Assembly (NCBI GenBank): GCA_050273025.1 | Contig: CP158635.1 | Location: 26,970,001-27,034,000, forward strand | Length of the DNA: 64,000 nt | Direction: 5' to 3' | Source: Cenococcum geophilum | Taxonomy: Eukaryota | Part shown: in pieces, positions 24,413 to 38,100 of the stretch | How positions within the stretch are numbered: position 1 is the stretch's first letter | How the letters are laid out: every line of letters starts with the position of its first letter | Translations under genes and position numbers: made by a program | Notes under the pieces: generated by a model | Seen by the model: the letters and a program-made list of their open reading frames with translations, nothing else | The model's database searches: none | Told to the model about the DNA's origin: nothing

Positions 24413-27400
24413 ATGGTAGGGTTTAACAGCAACTAGATAATATTATTTTAGCTAATAGTGTAGGTATAGAGTGTAAATGTTCCTAGAGTATATTCTAGAT
24501 ATTTTACTAATATACTCGGTTATAGGAAGTAAGTAGACCTACAAATACTAAGATATATAGCTGCTGCTAACCCTGTCCTGTTTATTAGTGTAGTAAGTAA
24601 GTAGACCTATAAATACTAAAATATACGGCTGCTGCTAACCTTATCCTGTTTATTAGTGTAGCTTATAAGTAGACCTGCAAATACTAAGATATATGGCTGC
24701 TGCTAACTTTATTCTGTTCGTTAGTATAGGTTATAAGTAGACCTATAAATACCGAGATATACGGCTGCTGCTAACCTTGTCCTACTTATTAGTATAGGCT
24801 ATAAGTAGACCTACAAATACTAAGATATACGGCTGCTGCTAACCTTATCTTGTTTATTAGTATAGTATATAAGTAGATCTGCGAATACTAAGATATATAG
24901 CTGCTGCTAACCTTATATATAGGAAGTAAGTAGACCTACAAATACCGAGATATATAGCTGCTGCTAACTTTGTCCTGCTTATTAGTGTAGTATATAAGTA
25001 GACCTGCAAATACCAAGATATATAACTACTGCTAACCTTATCCTACTTATTAGTATAGGCTGTAAGTAGACCTATAAATACTAAGATATATAGCTACTAC
25101 TAACCTTATCCTATTTATTAGTATAGGATATAAGTAGACCTGCAAATACCAAGATATATAGCTGCTGCTAACTTTGTCCTGCTTATTAGTGTAGTAAGTA
25201 AGTAGACCTACAAATACCAAGATATACGGCTACTGCTAACCTTGTCCTGCTTATTAGTATAGTATATAAGTAGACCTACGAATACCAAGATATACGGCTG
25301 CTGCTAACCTTATCCTACTTATTAGTATAGGATATAAGTAGACCTATAAATACCGAGATATATAGCTGCTGCTAATCTTATCCTGCTTATTAGTGTAGGC
25401 TGTAAGTAGACCTGCGAATACCAAGATATACGGCTGCTGCTAACCTTGTCCTATTTATTAGTGTAGGGAGTAAGTAGACCTATAAATACTAAGATATATA
25501 GCTGCTGCTAACCTTGTCCTGCTTATTAGTATAGGAAGTAAGTAGACCTATAAATACCGAGATATACGGCTGCTGCTAACCTTATCCTACTTATTAGTGT
25601 AGGATGTAAGTAGACCTATAAATACTAAGATATATAGCTGCTGCTAACCTTGTCCTGCTTATTAGTGTAGCCTATAAGTAGACCTATAAATACTAAGATA
25701 TATAGCTACTGCTAACCTTGTCCTGTTTGTTAGTATAGCTTATAAGTAGACCTGCGAATACTAAGATATATAGCTGCTGCTAACCTTGTCCTGCTTGTTG
25801 GTGTAGTATATAAGTAGACCTATAAATACCGAGATATACAGCTGCTGCTAACCTTGTCCTACTTATTAGTATAGTGAGTAAGTGGACCTGCGAATACCGA
25901 TATATAACTACTGCTAACCTTGTCCTGCTTGTTAGTGTAGTAAGTAAGTAGACCTGCGAATACCGAGATATACGGCTGCTGCTAACCTTGTCCTGTTTAT
26001 TAGTATAGTATATAAGTAGACCTACGAATACCGAGATATATAGCTGCTGCTAACCTTGTCCTGCTTATTAGTGTAGCTTATAAGTAGATCTATAAATACC
26101 AAGATATACGGCTTCTGCTAACCTTATCCTACTTATTAGTGTAGGCTGTAAGTAGACCTACGAATACCGAGATATATAGCTGCTGCTAACCTTGTCCTAT
26201 TTATTAGTATAGCTTATAAGTAGACCTGCGAATACTAAGATATACAGCTACTGCTAACCTTGTCCTGTTTATTGGTGTAGCGAGTAAGTAGACCTATAAA
26301 TACCGAGATATACAGCTGCTGCTAACCTTATCCTACTTATTAATATAGGCTGTAAGTAGACCTGCGAATACTAAGATATATAGCTGCTGCTAACCTTATC
26401 CTGTTTATTAATATAGTTAGTAAGTAGACCTGCGAATACTAAGATATATAGCTGCTGCTAACCTTGTTCTATTTATTAGTGTAGGGAGTAAGTAGACCTA
26501 TGAATACTAAGATATATAGCTGCTGCTAACCTTATTTTATTTGTTAGTGTAGGTTATAAGTAGACCTATAAATACTAAGATATATAGCTGCTGCTAACCT
26601 TATCCTATTTATTAGTGTAGTATATAAGTAGACCTATAAATACCAAGATATACGGCTGCTACTAACCTTATCCTATTTGTTGGTGTAGGCTATAAGTAGA
26701 CCTACGAATACCGAGATATACGGCTGCTGCTAACCTTGTCCTATTTATTAGTATAAGAAGTAAATAGACCTACAAATACTAAGATATATAGCTGCTACTA
26801 ACCTTGTCCTATTTATTGGTGTAGGCTATAAGTAGACCTACGAATACTGAGATATACGGCTGCTGCTAACCTTGTCCTGTTTGTTAGTATAGGCTATAAG
26901 TAAACCTACGAATACTAAGATATATAGCTACTGCTAACCTTATCCTGTTTATTGGTGTAGTTAGTAAGTAGACCTGCGAATACCGAAATATATAGCTGCT
27001 GCTAACCTTGTTCTGTTTATTAGTATAGGATATAAGTAGACCTACAAATACCGAGATATACGGCTGCTGCTAACCTTGTCCTGTTTATTAGTATAGTTAG
27101 TAAGTAGACCTATAAATACCGAAATATACGGCTTCTGCTAATCTTGTTCTATTTGTTGGTGTAGGGTATAAGTAGACCTACGAATACCGAGATATACTAC
27201 TGCTGCTAATATTGTTCTATCTGTTAGTGTAGGATGTATATAGATCTGCGAATGCCCCTTATACGTGACTGCTTAAACTAGTACTAATACGGATATAGTC
27301 TAACGACTAGCTTTATACCTTTGACAATACATTTGCTTAGGATTTCGTCAAAAGCTTGCCATCTAGTACGCTACTGAGCCAGCTTGCCCCGGTTTAGTGT

Positions 27401-29313
27401 TATGCCTACTACAGTACTATTGTAGCTGCTGGCTGCAACGTTAATCTTTCTAAAGTCCGTACTGCTGAAAAAAGTTATCAGCTCTGCGCTCTACTCCTCC
27501 ATATACTTAAACGCTGCTATAATGATAATAAACTATATATTTAAATAGTTAGAAAAGGGTTAGAATTAAAAATAGGAGAGGAGGGGCCACGTATTCTCCG
27601 GTTGTGTTCTAATTCAGGTTAGTGTCTTTAACTCCTTATATGCGCTGGGCCATTACTTATTGTATATCTTTGCGCATAGAATATTTAGCTAATCCTAATA
27701 ACGACATCTAGATTAGCTTCCCAGTCTTACCCGAAGCCGAAAGTCCTATATAATTTATACTACTTTACGCATAGCTTTATTAGTGTAATAAGTCCCACGA
27801 CTGTAATAAGTATTATGTTAAATCTAACACAGAATTGCCGATAAGACTCCTCTACGTTGGTAATCTGGATGATCCTGATTATAATCCTAATGTCTTATGT
27901 CTTAATTATGCTACGTAAATAGACGGAGGAAAATATATTACTTTATCCTATTACTAGGGCAGACTTTTAATTAAAGATAAGAAATAATTTTGTATAACCT
28001 AAGATAACATTATCTAATAGCTAGGAGGATTTAGTATCTCTAACCTACTAAAGACTTTCTAGGACGCTGTTAAAGTGACTTAAGAACTTCGCGTACTATA
28101 CCTCTAGATCGACTTACTCTGTATAATCTAATATGAGGACAATAAAGAAGATTGGAAACTCGAATCTGGGCGTATAGAAAAGGTCTTCTCTTTGGCTTAC
28201 TGTATAATTGCTGTAGCTTCGGCTGTCTATTTAAAAGTGGGATTCCTTAAGCGAAACGTAAGCACTAAGTATATCCTTGTTTAAGATGCTTTAGGCAGGC
28301 GATTCTATATCTGCACTAGTATAGATAATTTTAACAACGATATGGAGAAGGCTTAGCTTAATACGCGAGCATAGGTAATATAAGAAAGGGTTTTGTTATA
28401 ACGAACTATCCATTTTAGTAACAATTAGATATACTGGGAATGTAGTGAAGGGGTTTACTGCGAAAACCTTACTATACTAAAAAGGTAAGAGCTTAAGCAA
28501 TATCTGATAAACCGACATCTTCCTTACTTAGATATTTTGCTCTTTAGCTTAATTTAAAGGAAGTTCTTTATGCTTAATCTAAACTTCCCGAACCGGCTCC
28601 TTAAGTTAGGCTACCGACGTACTATGGAATTTATTTACTTTCTTTTTAAGGACTACTTAAAGCGCGACCTTATAGAGAAGACTAATAGATCTGCTGTAAT
28701 ATTGGGGTTAGAGGCCTGTATTACAGGCGCTCTAAGGTATTAAAGTAGATACGGCATCTTTTAGAAGTACCTTTATAGGAATCTCCTATGGCAGATATTT
28801 GATAATAAGATGGAGCGGATTGTGTATAAAAACCGAAATGTGCTATTGTGGTTATGGATGGTATATAATGGAGGCATTTAGTTTATAAATATCCCTTTTA
28901 GCATAGTTAATTGGATTAATAACCTCCGGTTTAATAAGGGGCGCGAACTTGTACTAATTACTAACGTAGGGGAGTTTCGGGATTGTATAATGAAACTGGA
29001 TGGGAAATATTATGCAATCTTGGATTTCGGCAGAACGAAAAGAGGATGGATATAATATGATGTTAAGGAGGACGAGGATCTTTTTAAGGAACGATATGTT
29101 GTCGTTAGGAAGAAGTCTAGCGAGGATTAGGATAGTGAGGATTGGGATAGCGAGGATAGGGATAGCGAGGATGGGGATAGATTGGATAGGGAAGAGTACT
29201 ATATATTAGTTGTTAGGCCAACTAGTGTGGATGGCGAGTATAAGAGGGTTAGAGTTGGGTTGATTTAGAGTGACTACGTAGTGAGATAGAGGTTTAATGT
29301 GCGAGTTATATAA
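24413..29313 (+). pseudogene. HET-domain (heterokaryon incompatibility) protein gene with micro-exon-encoded N-terminus
   Basis: From 27299: C-x-LC motif, GPRILRLCS, intron, I*ISFPVLPEAESP...A*LY*CNKSHDC, LPIRLLYVG, YITLSYY*G, KTF*DAVKVT*EL...YL*IDLLCII*, DWKLESGRIEKVF, LNTRA*VI*ERVL..RTIHF, YWEC, ending YKRVRVG...RVI*. The start (ATG at 24413, followed by two non-array introns) is tentative. Confidence 0.85.
24526..27235 (+). repeat. 68-bp tandem array: 40 introns (65-nt consensus) separating 41 three-nt micro-exons
   Basis: Unit GTAAGTagacctgcgaataccgagatatacggctgctGCTAACcttgtcctgcttgttggtgTAG + NNN contains the fungal donor, branch point and acceptor at normal spacing. Confidence 0.88.
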
Positions 29314-29954
29314 ACGACTTCGCATTAAAAATCTGGTAGAGTAACCGACACATACATTGATTTAAATTTTAAATTATAAGGTATAGTCTATATATTAGCT
29401 TTATCTACTTATAATATTATTAATAGTTTAGCGCTTCTTACTATAGTAGAGGTGCTTAGTTAGAGCTAGGGCGACTAAAGAGATAAACCGATCTATACGA
29501 GATACTTTACTATACGGAGCATCGTGGTAGGCTATAATGGCACACTATCCTTATGTAGCCGTCTAAGCATGGCGTTTAACTATTCTAGGTAAAGCTTACC
29601 GCCAAGACTGTTACCTAAGGTGAGTTAGAGTGGTTTTGCTATAACGCTTACACTTTAACTTAGTATAGGATGGGTTTAGCGGTAGTATAATTAGCGGTAT
29701 TTACAGCAGGTAATTAAAGCGTAAAATACTTTAAACTCGCCCCCGCTAGCAAGGAGGGTGGCCGAGCCGCACTAACTAGACCCTTATTAAGGGTCTACTT
29801 CCTAGGGAACTATAGTTGTTTTAAGTATGGCGTTATAGTGGTGATGCTGCTCGGCGTTTAGCTTGGCGCGGTTGCTAAGTCAACTAAACTATGCCGAAAC
29901 CCCAACCAGTCCTTAAAATAACCACCGTTTAACTTTGGGATACAGCCCATCTTA

Positions 29955-30700
29955 TACCATAACATACGGCTATATTTACATTGCAGCCTCCTCTAAAAGA
30001 ATCTCAGCATATTATACTACCTTTAAGCTTTGTAGGCGCGCCTTTAACGCATCCGCTAACTGACGAGAAAGCCTTTACCTAAGCTCCCTGAGTTATCGCG
30101 CTTCTTAGAGACACAGTAATTAAAATCCATAGACATCCTTTTAGCTTATATAAGGGGAATATAATAAGATAGAGCGTCGGCTTAGGTAAGACGAGTCGCT
30201 ATTTAGGTTTGTTAAGGATAAGATATAGTACATAGCCTCCGGCGGGGAAGAGGTACTAGCTAATAATGCCAGTTAGACAGATATAACTATAATGGTAGGA
30301 GGAATTAACTTGTTGTTTATATGCTTACTTAGCTGCACTAAAGTAGAGCGCTTTTAAGCTTCTGTATAAATAAAGGCTTTATAGCGATAGGTAAAAGAGC
30401 TAGATAAAGGGCAGTATCCAGAGCGTATATATTTATTATCTCGCTACTAAATTAGCAGTTTATGCTATATGAGCTCGCTTAGAGGTATATTTTAGGCACT
30501 ATCCTCTTAGCGGAGGCATCTATAGGAAAATATCCTCTTGGGATGCCCCCACTAAGCCTATAGTGGAATGGCCTGCTTAGCGCCCCTGCTTCATTTTATT
30601 TATAGGATACTATTACTTTCGCTGCGTTTTGGATATTGACTTATAGGTAGCATTACTAGATATTAATGTCTGAGATATAAAAGGATCCATGTTTACCGGT
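29955..30700 (-). pseudogene. Hypothetical gene with C-terminal coiled coil; paralog of 40220-40520
   Basis: EAR*LRELR*RLSRQLADALKARLQSLKVV*YAEILLEEAAM*I*PYVMV*; nucleotide similarity to 40150-40520. Confidence 0.5.
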
Positions 30701-33700
30701 TAGTAATACCTGTAAGGCTATTACTTAATATCTTAGAGCCTTATTGTAGGCACCTTAAAATGGAATAGTTTAAATATCTAAGTGCATTTTCTTACTGTAT
30801 GCAGCTATTTTTATACATCTTTACTGCTAATATATCTGTACTAATATGCATAAATCTAGCCTTATTTAAGTAGAGATAAGTATTAATAGTTTATATACCT
30901 ACTAAAGTCCACTTTCCTTAGCTCTGTTCTATACTAACAGCTTTAAGAAATATTACTTCGTAAAAGGCTATAAAACTATAAATTCCTATAAAAAGCTAGC
31001 ATTCTGCCTTAAATTTATAAGATCGTTTCTTACTATCTATAGAAAGCAGCTAACTCGTCTCTAAAGGCATACTATATGTGTTTAGAAAACACTCTCGTAT
31101 AGTTATAGTTACTTTTACTCTAATAAGTGCACGTATAAGTATAATACGGCTAGATAAAACGGCGTATAGTATACGGAAAATAATCTAAATAATGTCTGGA
31201 ATATAAGGACATTATAGGGTATATATAGCTGTGATTTAGAGTATAGGACGCCGGAATTGATATAATAAGCCTTTTAAAGTTAGAAGTGCCTAATATAGCA
31301 CTCTTTATTTATAGTTATAAATATAGCTAAGTTAAATAAAACCTTAGTCTCTTTTTAAATTCCTCTAGCCTTAGACAGAAAAACTTAAGAATATTATTTC
31401 TTAACTCCATCTCTTAAATTACTGTGTGTCTATAATTAACGCTTTATTATATTATTCTGGCTAATATCTTCTGCCTCTAATAGACATTTCCCCTTCTTAG
31501 GCTTTAAACGGTTCTTTTTTAACTTAGTATTATTAGCTAAATGTCCATTAGAGGAGCCTTTAATTAAGAGTACTTATAGCGGCTTTAAATTCTTGCCAGA
31601 CATTCTAGGAGGTACTAGCGTTTACTATTTATATATAAATAGGGTGATCTCTAGGTCTATATCCGCGCCAGTCTTTAATATATCTAAAAGGAACCTCTAG
31701 CTTTAGTTAGTATTTATAGATTGCTTTTAGTTAGTCGTTAATACGCCCTAAGAGTTTTATATCTTTAAGAGTGTGTGCTATAAGTATACTACTTTAGAGG
31801 CGCAATTATAGAAGTTGGAGATGTATGTCCTCGCCAGGCTCGAAGTAATTAAGTAGTATCGTAATATTTATAAGACTATACGTTATAGCAAAATGGCGAG
31901 GCTTATTCCCTTTCTTATTAAGTATAGTGGTTAGACTAGAAATAAGGCCGTTAAGCGCTATATTAAGATCGGGGCCGATATAAATAAGAGTAACTAGAGC
32001 AAGCGTAAAGACAAGACGAGAATGCCCATCGAGAAGATATTCTAGATTTATTCGGACTTAAAATACTATAAAAGTAATTAGGCGGAGTAAAAAGTTATAA
32101 TAGAATTTCCTGTCGCTTAAATAATTAGCATTGCTGCCTAACTCGGGGCCGAGCGCTAGAGAGGAGGTGATGATGTTAAGGAGGTTCGGGGGATTGAGTA
32201 GACCTTAAAAATCAAGTACCTAATTTTAGGCGTCAAATAAAAGACTTTTTTAGGTCAGTTGGGTGCTCCCTTAGTCATTGCTTATTATAAGGAGTAAGGT
32301 GCATATTTTATCATCCCGGCCCTATGCGCGGTGTAGCGTAGTATAGGCACCTAGCTTAGTATTACCTTAGGCGTGCGAAGCCTTACACTTTACCATGTCT
32401 CTAATCTTTTATTCTTTTACTACTATTTACACTGTTTATAGTTCCTCTATAGTGATTATACTAAAAAATAAAGGTAGGAATAGGTAATTAAGATTAGTTT
32501 TTTTAGGATTAAGAGCCTCCTAGAAGCCCTAAACCTAAATACAATACCTATTAAATTTATCTTTACGTAAAGTTTATAAATATACATAGTAAGAGCTATA
32601 TTAAGCTTTTTAGTTATAATAATCTATGTATATAATTGACACACATCCCTATATACTGCAAAAATCTACGCCAATATTTACCTATCTAGTTTTAGGTATT
32701 CTATTAAACCTAGCGAGTTAAATAGCTCCTCCTTTACGAGGGATCCATCCATATCCTTAAGCATATATTTTCTCTCTAGAATTAGTCCTAAAAGGAGATT
32801 AAGAAAGTAAGTCATCTATTAGCTGCATTTATAAAGAAAACCACTACGTTCTTTATCTAAAATATTAATAAGCAATTTAAAATCATCTACTAGAAGTCTT
32901 TTAATACTATAGGAAGTTAGCCTAGTGTAGATTCTGCTAGCAGGAAGGAAGCTTACTCGCGGTCGTAGATACTAAAATCACTATTAGTTGGGACTAAAGC
33001 AAGGATACCAGTACCAAATTGAGCTGCTAGTATGTGCTAGTTGCGTCCCTAACTAAGTTTATTTTTTAGGGTAGTTAGTTGTTTATTATACTTAACTATA
33101 TACCTTATAAGTTTAGGATACGCCTAGGATAGTATATCGTCTAAAGTGCGGGAAGCAGCCTAGCCGCAGTGACCTAGTTCCGATATTCGCTCTTTATTCC
33201 GCTAACGTCTAGTCTACTAGACCGGTTAAAGCCAGTAATTCTATTCTAGCCGCGTGCGAGCTTCCACCAATCTAATTAGGTGGAATCGCTTTATAATAAA
33301 AGCTGTAGTAAGTAAGATATCTAATTAATCCAGAGACTCTATATTTACGGATACTATATTACTAAAAGAAAGAATAACTATACTTATACTCTCTTAAATA
33401 GTAAGATAGGAATTCTGTAGCTGTATAAAAGCGTCCTAGCTAGTAACCGTAAAGAATAAGCGAGTAAGGAGCTAGAGCCTATTAGAATTGTCCAATAAGC
33501 TATAGTTAGTAAAGGTTTAATATATCTCTATTAACGGAAATTTGCAGTTATAAATGGGTGGAATCTCCTTTAGAGTTTGTTTTTATAGCCTCTTAACCTT
33601 ACGGGAGTGTTAATTGTTAACTTTTCATTTACTCCGAAGCCGCTTTAATATCGTCCTTCTAGACCTGGTAATTGCTATATTTGGTATTTTAATAGGCTTA

Positions 33701-35164
33701 GCTTGCTATAGTTGCTTTTTATTTATAGGTAATTATGCTTCTTCTCTTTAGTATGTTTTGCTTTACGGTTTAGGATCGCATCTAACTTCTTTTATTACGT
33801 TATCCCGTCCGTAAATATTATCCAACTCTACCTTATCCTGCCCCTCTTTACGCGCCTATGTTTAGTCGTCCTGCCTTATATATTAAAGATTATAGTTAAT
33901 TAATTATTGAGGCTCTTTATAGTGTTGCTCGTCTACCTAAGACAGTAACTGTTCTTTCTCTCCTTTTTAGTTATCCGTATAATTATAGGGTTAACTACTA
34001 AGACTTTGCTATAATATCTCCGTACTTTAGATTAATAAGTTTATAGTTATAAAGGGGAACTAGTTTTCTATATAGGATAAAGGGTGTTAAAGAGAAGGCG
34101 CGGGAGACTTTTAGGGGGTCGTGTTGACGCCTTAAGATGGCATTAAATCACCGTTATAAGAGGAAAACTAATTAGCAGTGCTTGCCTTGGTCTGTTTAGC
34201 TAGCTTACCTATAGGTAAAGGGGATAAGCTAAAAGCTAAAAGGAGCTTACTAAAATCGATGAAATTACTATTATAATTCTATAAATCTTCTTTAAATAAG
34301 TCTCTAATAGTAACATAGTATATAGCTATAGAATTAATAGCTGTGGAAAGCATAAGCGCCTAATTATAGATTAGCTAGGAATACTTTAGATTTATATCTA
34401 AGAGCTAGTTAAGCTTAAAGCAGACATTATATTAAAGGATCGTAATTTCCTATAATAGCTATATTAGTTATAAAAATTAAACGCGAAGGGGGAAGTAAAG
34501 AAGGTATATATTTTCTATCTTAGCATTAATAGTATTAATCGGTATGCCTTGAGTCGGTTTGTTATAAGTAAGGAGATTATAGTTTAAAGGTGGATACTGC
34601 ACTTGCGTATATAAGTAAAAGGTAGTAGAATAAAGTCACCTGTAGAGATATAGGTCTTAGCTTATTAACCGCCTAAATATTTTAAGTAATAAAAGGCAGA
34701 CCCAGCCTTGTAGGGCAATAGCTCTATTAATAACTATTATTAATAACGATCGCTCTAGGCCGTATATTTAAAATCCTAGATAAACCTACCTCCCATAATT
34801 ATAGCGGCCGACTTTATAGCGGCCACCTTTCTTTAGCTAAGGAAAGAGGCTTTAGTTAAATGGATAACACCCTACATAATAATTGCGCTAAAGCTTTAAC
34901 TGCTAATATCTAGGAAACGCCACCTTAATAAGGGTATAGCTAGAGCGGGTCGGCCGCCCTCCCTACTAGCGTAGTAAAGGGGCAAGAATCTTTACTATGT
35001 ATATTATTACGTTTTATAGAAATCTTTAAAGTCTTTAAAGGCTAGCTATAAGACTAGGACGGAACTAATAAAACCTACCTTATTATAATATAAATTTATA
35101 TTATTCCCTAGACCCCTTTATAAAATAGAGATTATAGAAAAATATATATATAATATTACTATTA

Positions 35165-38100
35165 CTAAAATAGGTTTTCTAAATAAATTTTAAAAAAGGC
35201 AATATAGCCAGATATATACCTAAAGTATATTATATCCCTATAAACAGCTATATAGGTTAGTTAATATTTAGGAGGGAGCTAAAGTAGATATTGTTCTTTA
35301 AGAAATACTTAAGGTTCTATTACAAAGATAGTAGGGTATTCTTTTCTCTAATAGGAAGGAGTATTAGGAAGAGAGATAAAAAGAGGGATTTGTCCTCTAT
35401 CTATCTCTAAATACTAGCCGTCTAGTAAAAAAGTGACCGCGTTAACGTGGCCCAAATAGCCTTTAAGCGTGCTATGGTAAGACACTGTTACCGCCTCTTA
35501 TAGCTGGATGGGGTTGTTATATAACGCTAACGCTACCAGCTAGCTGTTTAGTAAGAAGGTAACCGCGTTAACGGAGCCTAAATGGCCTTTAAGCGTGCTG
35601 CGGCAAAACCCTGTCGCCGCCTCCTACAGCCGGACGGTGTTATCCCTTAATACTAACGCTACTAGCTGGCCGTTTGGCAAGAAGGCGACCGCGTAAATAG
35701 AGCTTAAATAGCCTTTAAGCGTGCTATGGTAAGACCCCATCGCCGCCTTCTATAGCCGGACGGTATTATTATATAACGCTAACGCTACTAGCTAGCTATC
35801 TGGCGAGAAGGCGACCGCGTAAATAAAGCTTAAATAGCCTTTAAGCGTGCTGCGGTAAGACCCTATTACCGCCTTCTATAGCCGGACGGTCTTGTCCCTT
35901 AACGCTAACACTACTAGCTAGCTATCTAGCGAGAAGGCGACCGCGTAGATAAAGCTTAAATAGCCTTTAAGCGTACTATAGTAAGACCCCGTCGCCGCCT
36001 CCTATAGCCGGATGGTATTATCCCCTAATGCTAACGCTACTAGCTAGCTGTCTGGTAAGAAGGTAATCGCGTTAATAGGGCCCAAATAGCCTTTAAGCGT
36101 ACTGCGGTAAGACCTTATCGCCGCCTCCTATAGCCAGACGGTGTTGTTATATAACGCTAACGCTACTAGCTAGCCGTTTAGTAAGAAGGCGATCGCGTAA
36201 ACGGAGCTTAAATAGCCTTTAAGCGTGCTGCGGTAAGACCTTATTGCCGCCTCCTATAGCTGGACGGTCTTATCCTATAACGCTGACGCTACTAATTAGC
36301 TATCTAGCAAAAAGGCAACCGCGTAGATAAGTCTTAAATAGCCTTTAAGCGTGCTGCGGTAAGACCCTATTGCCGCCTCCTATAGCTAGACGGTATTATT
36401 ATATAACGCTAACGCTACTAGCTAGCTATCCGGCGAGAAGGTAACCGCGTTAACGGGTCTTAAATGGCCTTTAAGCGTGCTATGGTAAGACCCTATCGCC
36501 GCCTTCTATAGCCGGACGGTATTATCCCCTAATGCTAACGCTACTAGCTAGCCATCTAGCGAGAAGGCAACCGTATAGACGAGTCTTAAATGGCCTTTAA
36601 GTATGCTGCGGCAAGACCCTATCGCCGCCTCCTATAGCTAGACGGTCTTGTTCTATAACGCTAATGCTACTAGCTAGCTGTCCGGCGAGAAGGCGATCGC
36701 GTTAATAGGGCCTAAATGGCCTTTAAGCGTGCTGTAGTAAGACCCTATTGCCGCCTCCTATAGCTAGACGGTCTTATTCTACGACGCTGACGCTACTAGC
36801 TGGCTGTCTGGCGAGAAGGCAACTGCGTAGACGGAGTCTAAATGGCCTTTAAGCGTGCTATGGCAAGCGTTCCAATCCTTTTCTACTTTTAATAGCCTGT
36901 TAATCTAACCTGGAATATACTTATTAAATTTTTTCTATATTAGGCTCATCTCTAAAGCAAAGATAAGAGCTAAAGAGTATAGTTATAGAGGTGCGTTTTT
37001 AAGTATCGTTTAATTTCTTAGAATAAAGCGCTTTATATTACGAAGAAAGCTAAATATCTTAGCGCTTTGCTCTAATTATGTAATAAGTAAATATAAAGTA
37101 TCGTAACTAATAGAGTAACTAAGAAATGTCTTACGTGTATAAGTAATTGTAAGCTATTAATTATATAAATGCCTTCTAATACTTCTCTAATAAGGCTTAT
37201 AGCTTTTAGCTAGCAGAGAAAGAACTTCTACAGAAACTTATATACTGTATCGTCGTTATAGATATAGCTTTAGCTCTGCCTTAAGTGGTATACCTAATAT
37301 TAGCAGGCATATTGGACTTTAGGTGGTAGATAGTCCGCTATACTCTATTTATCAATCTCGCTTTTTAAAGTTTTAGGCATTGGGAGGTTGTATATATTTT
37401 GCTTTAGACCCTTTAAGCTAGATATTAGTTAAAGACACTTACTAGCTAGCGTTTTATGCGTTTCTTTCCTATCTACCTAGTATAGACTCTTTCTACGCTT
37501 TTTAGGATTAACGAGGAAGTTATAAAAAGAAAGGTGTAGGAGCCTTATAGGTATATCCTCGTTAATAGAGATACTAAGAATAGAATATAGTGAGTCTAGC
37601 CTATATATAATATCCTCTTTAGATATCTAGAGGAGGTATATAAGTAAAGTTATAGAGAGAGGACTCTCTAAGATAACGATACTCCTAACTATTTCTCTAA
37701 ATTTAATAATCCGCCTTTGCTTATCTACTTCGTCTTTATTATTAAATAACTGGTTTAGAATAGGGAGGTACGTCCTATTAAGCTTTAAAATATAGTATGC
37801 CGTTTAATATTAAAGTATAATAGCTAAGCGCTCTTTAGGATTATCTCGCTAATCTCCGATATATTAATAGGCTATAGTAGTAAAGATAAACAATAGGACA
37901 GCCAGCTTGACTAGCGCCTGGATTTAGTCCTTACTAGGCTAGCTTAGGGATAGTAAACGCTGCTCTTATACTACCTTGAGCTTATGCTCTAAGAAGAGAG
38001 CTATGTTGTATTTAATCGTTTCCTTTAGTATATTGTAAAGAATTAGGTCCTAGTATATTCTGTTTAATATCTTCTTAAAGCTAAGACAAATGGGGAGCTC

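Larger units (their letters stand above)
23610..29786. mobile_element. TIR-bounded cassette (~107-bp inverted repeats) carrying the micro-exon HET gene
   Basis: 23610-23716 (caagggtctagtcagtgcggctcggccaccctccttgctag...ataccgctaattatgctgcc) is the reverse complement of ~29681-29786. No transposase was recognised inside. Confidence 0.85.

Noticed and set aside
24526..27235. CRISPR array or protein-coding tandem repeat
   Set aside because: The context is eukaryotic, spacers are only 3 nt and there are no cas genes. The 68-bp period is not a multiple of 3, so it is not a contiguous coding repeat.
29000..29209. 69-aa ORF in the track
   Set aside because: Out-of-frame overlap with the real HET gene frame.
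27299..29313. In-frame TAG codons as A-to-I editing sites or an alternative genetic code
   Set aside because: TAA and TAG replace both Gln and Trp codons in all genes and TEs alike, together with missense transitions. RIP explains this.
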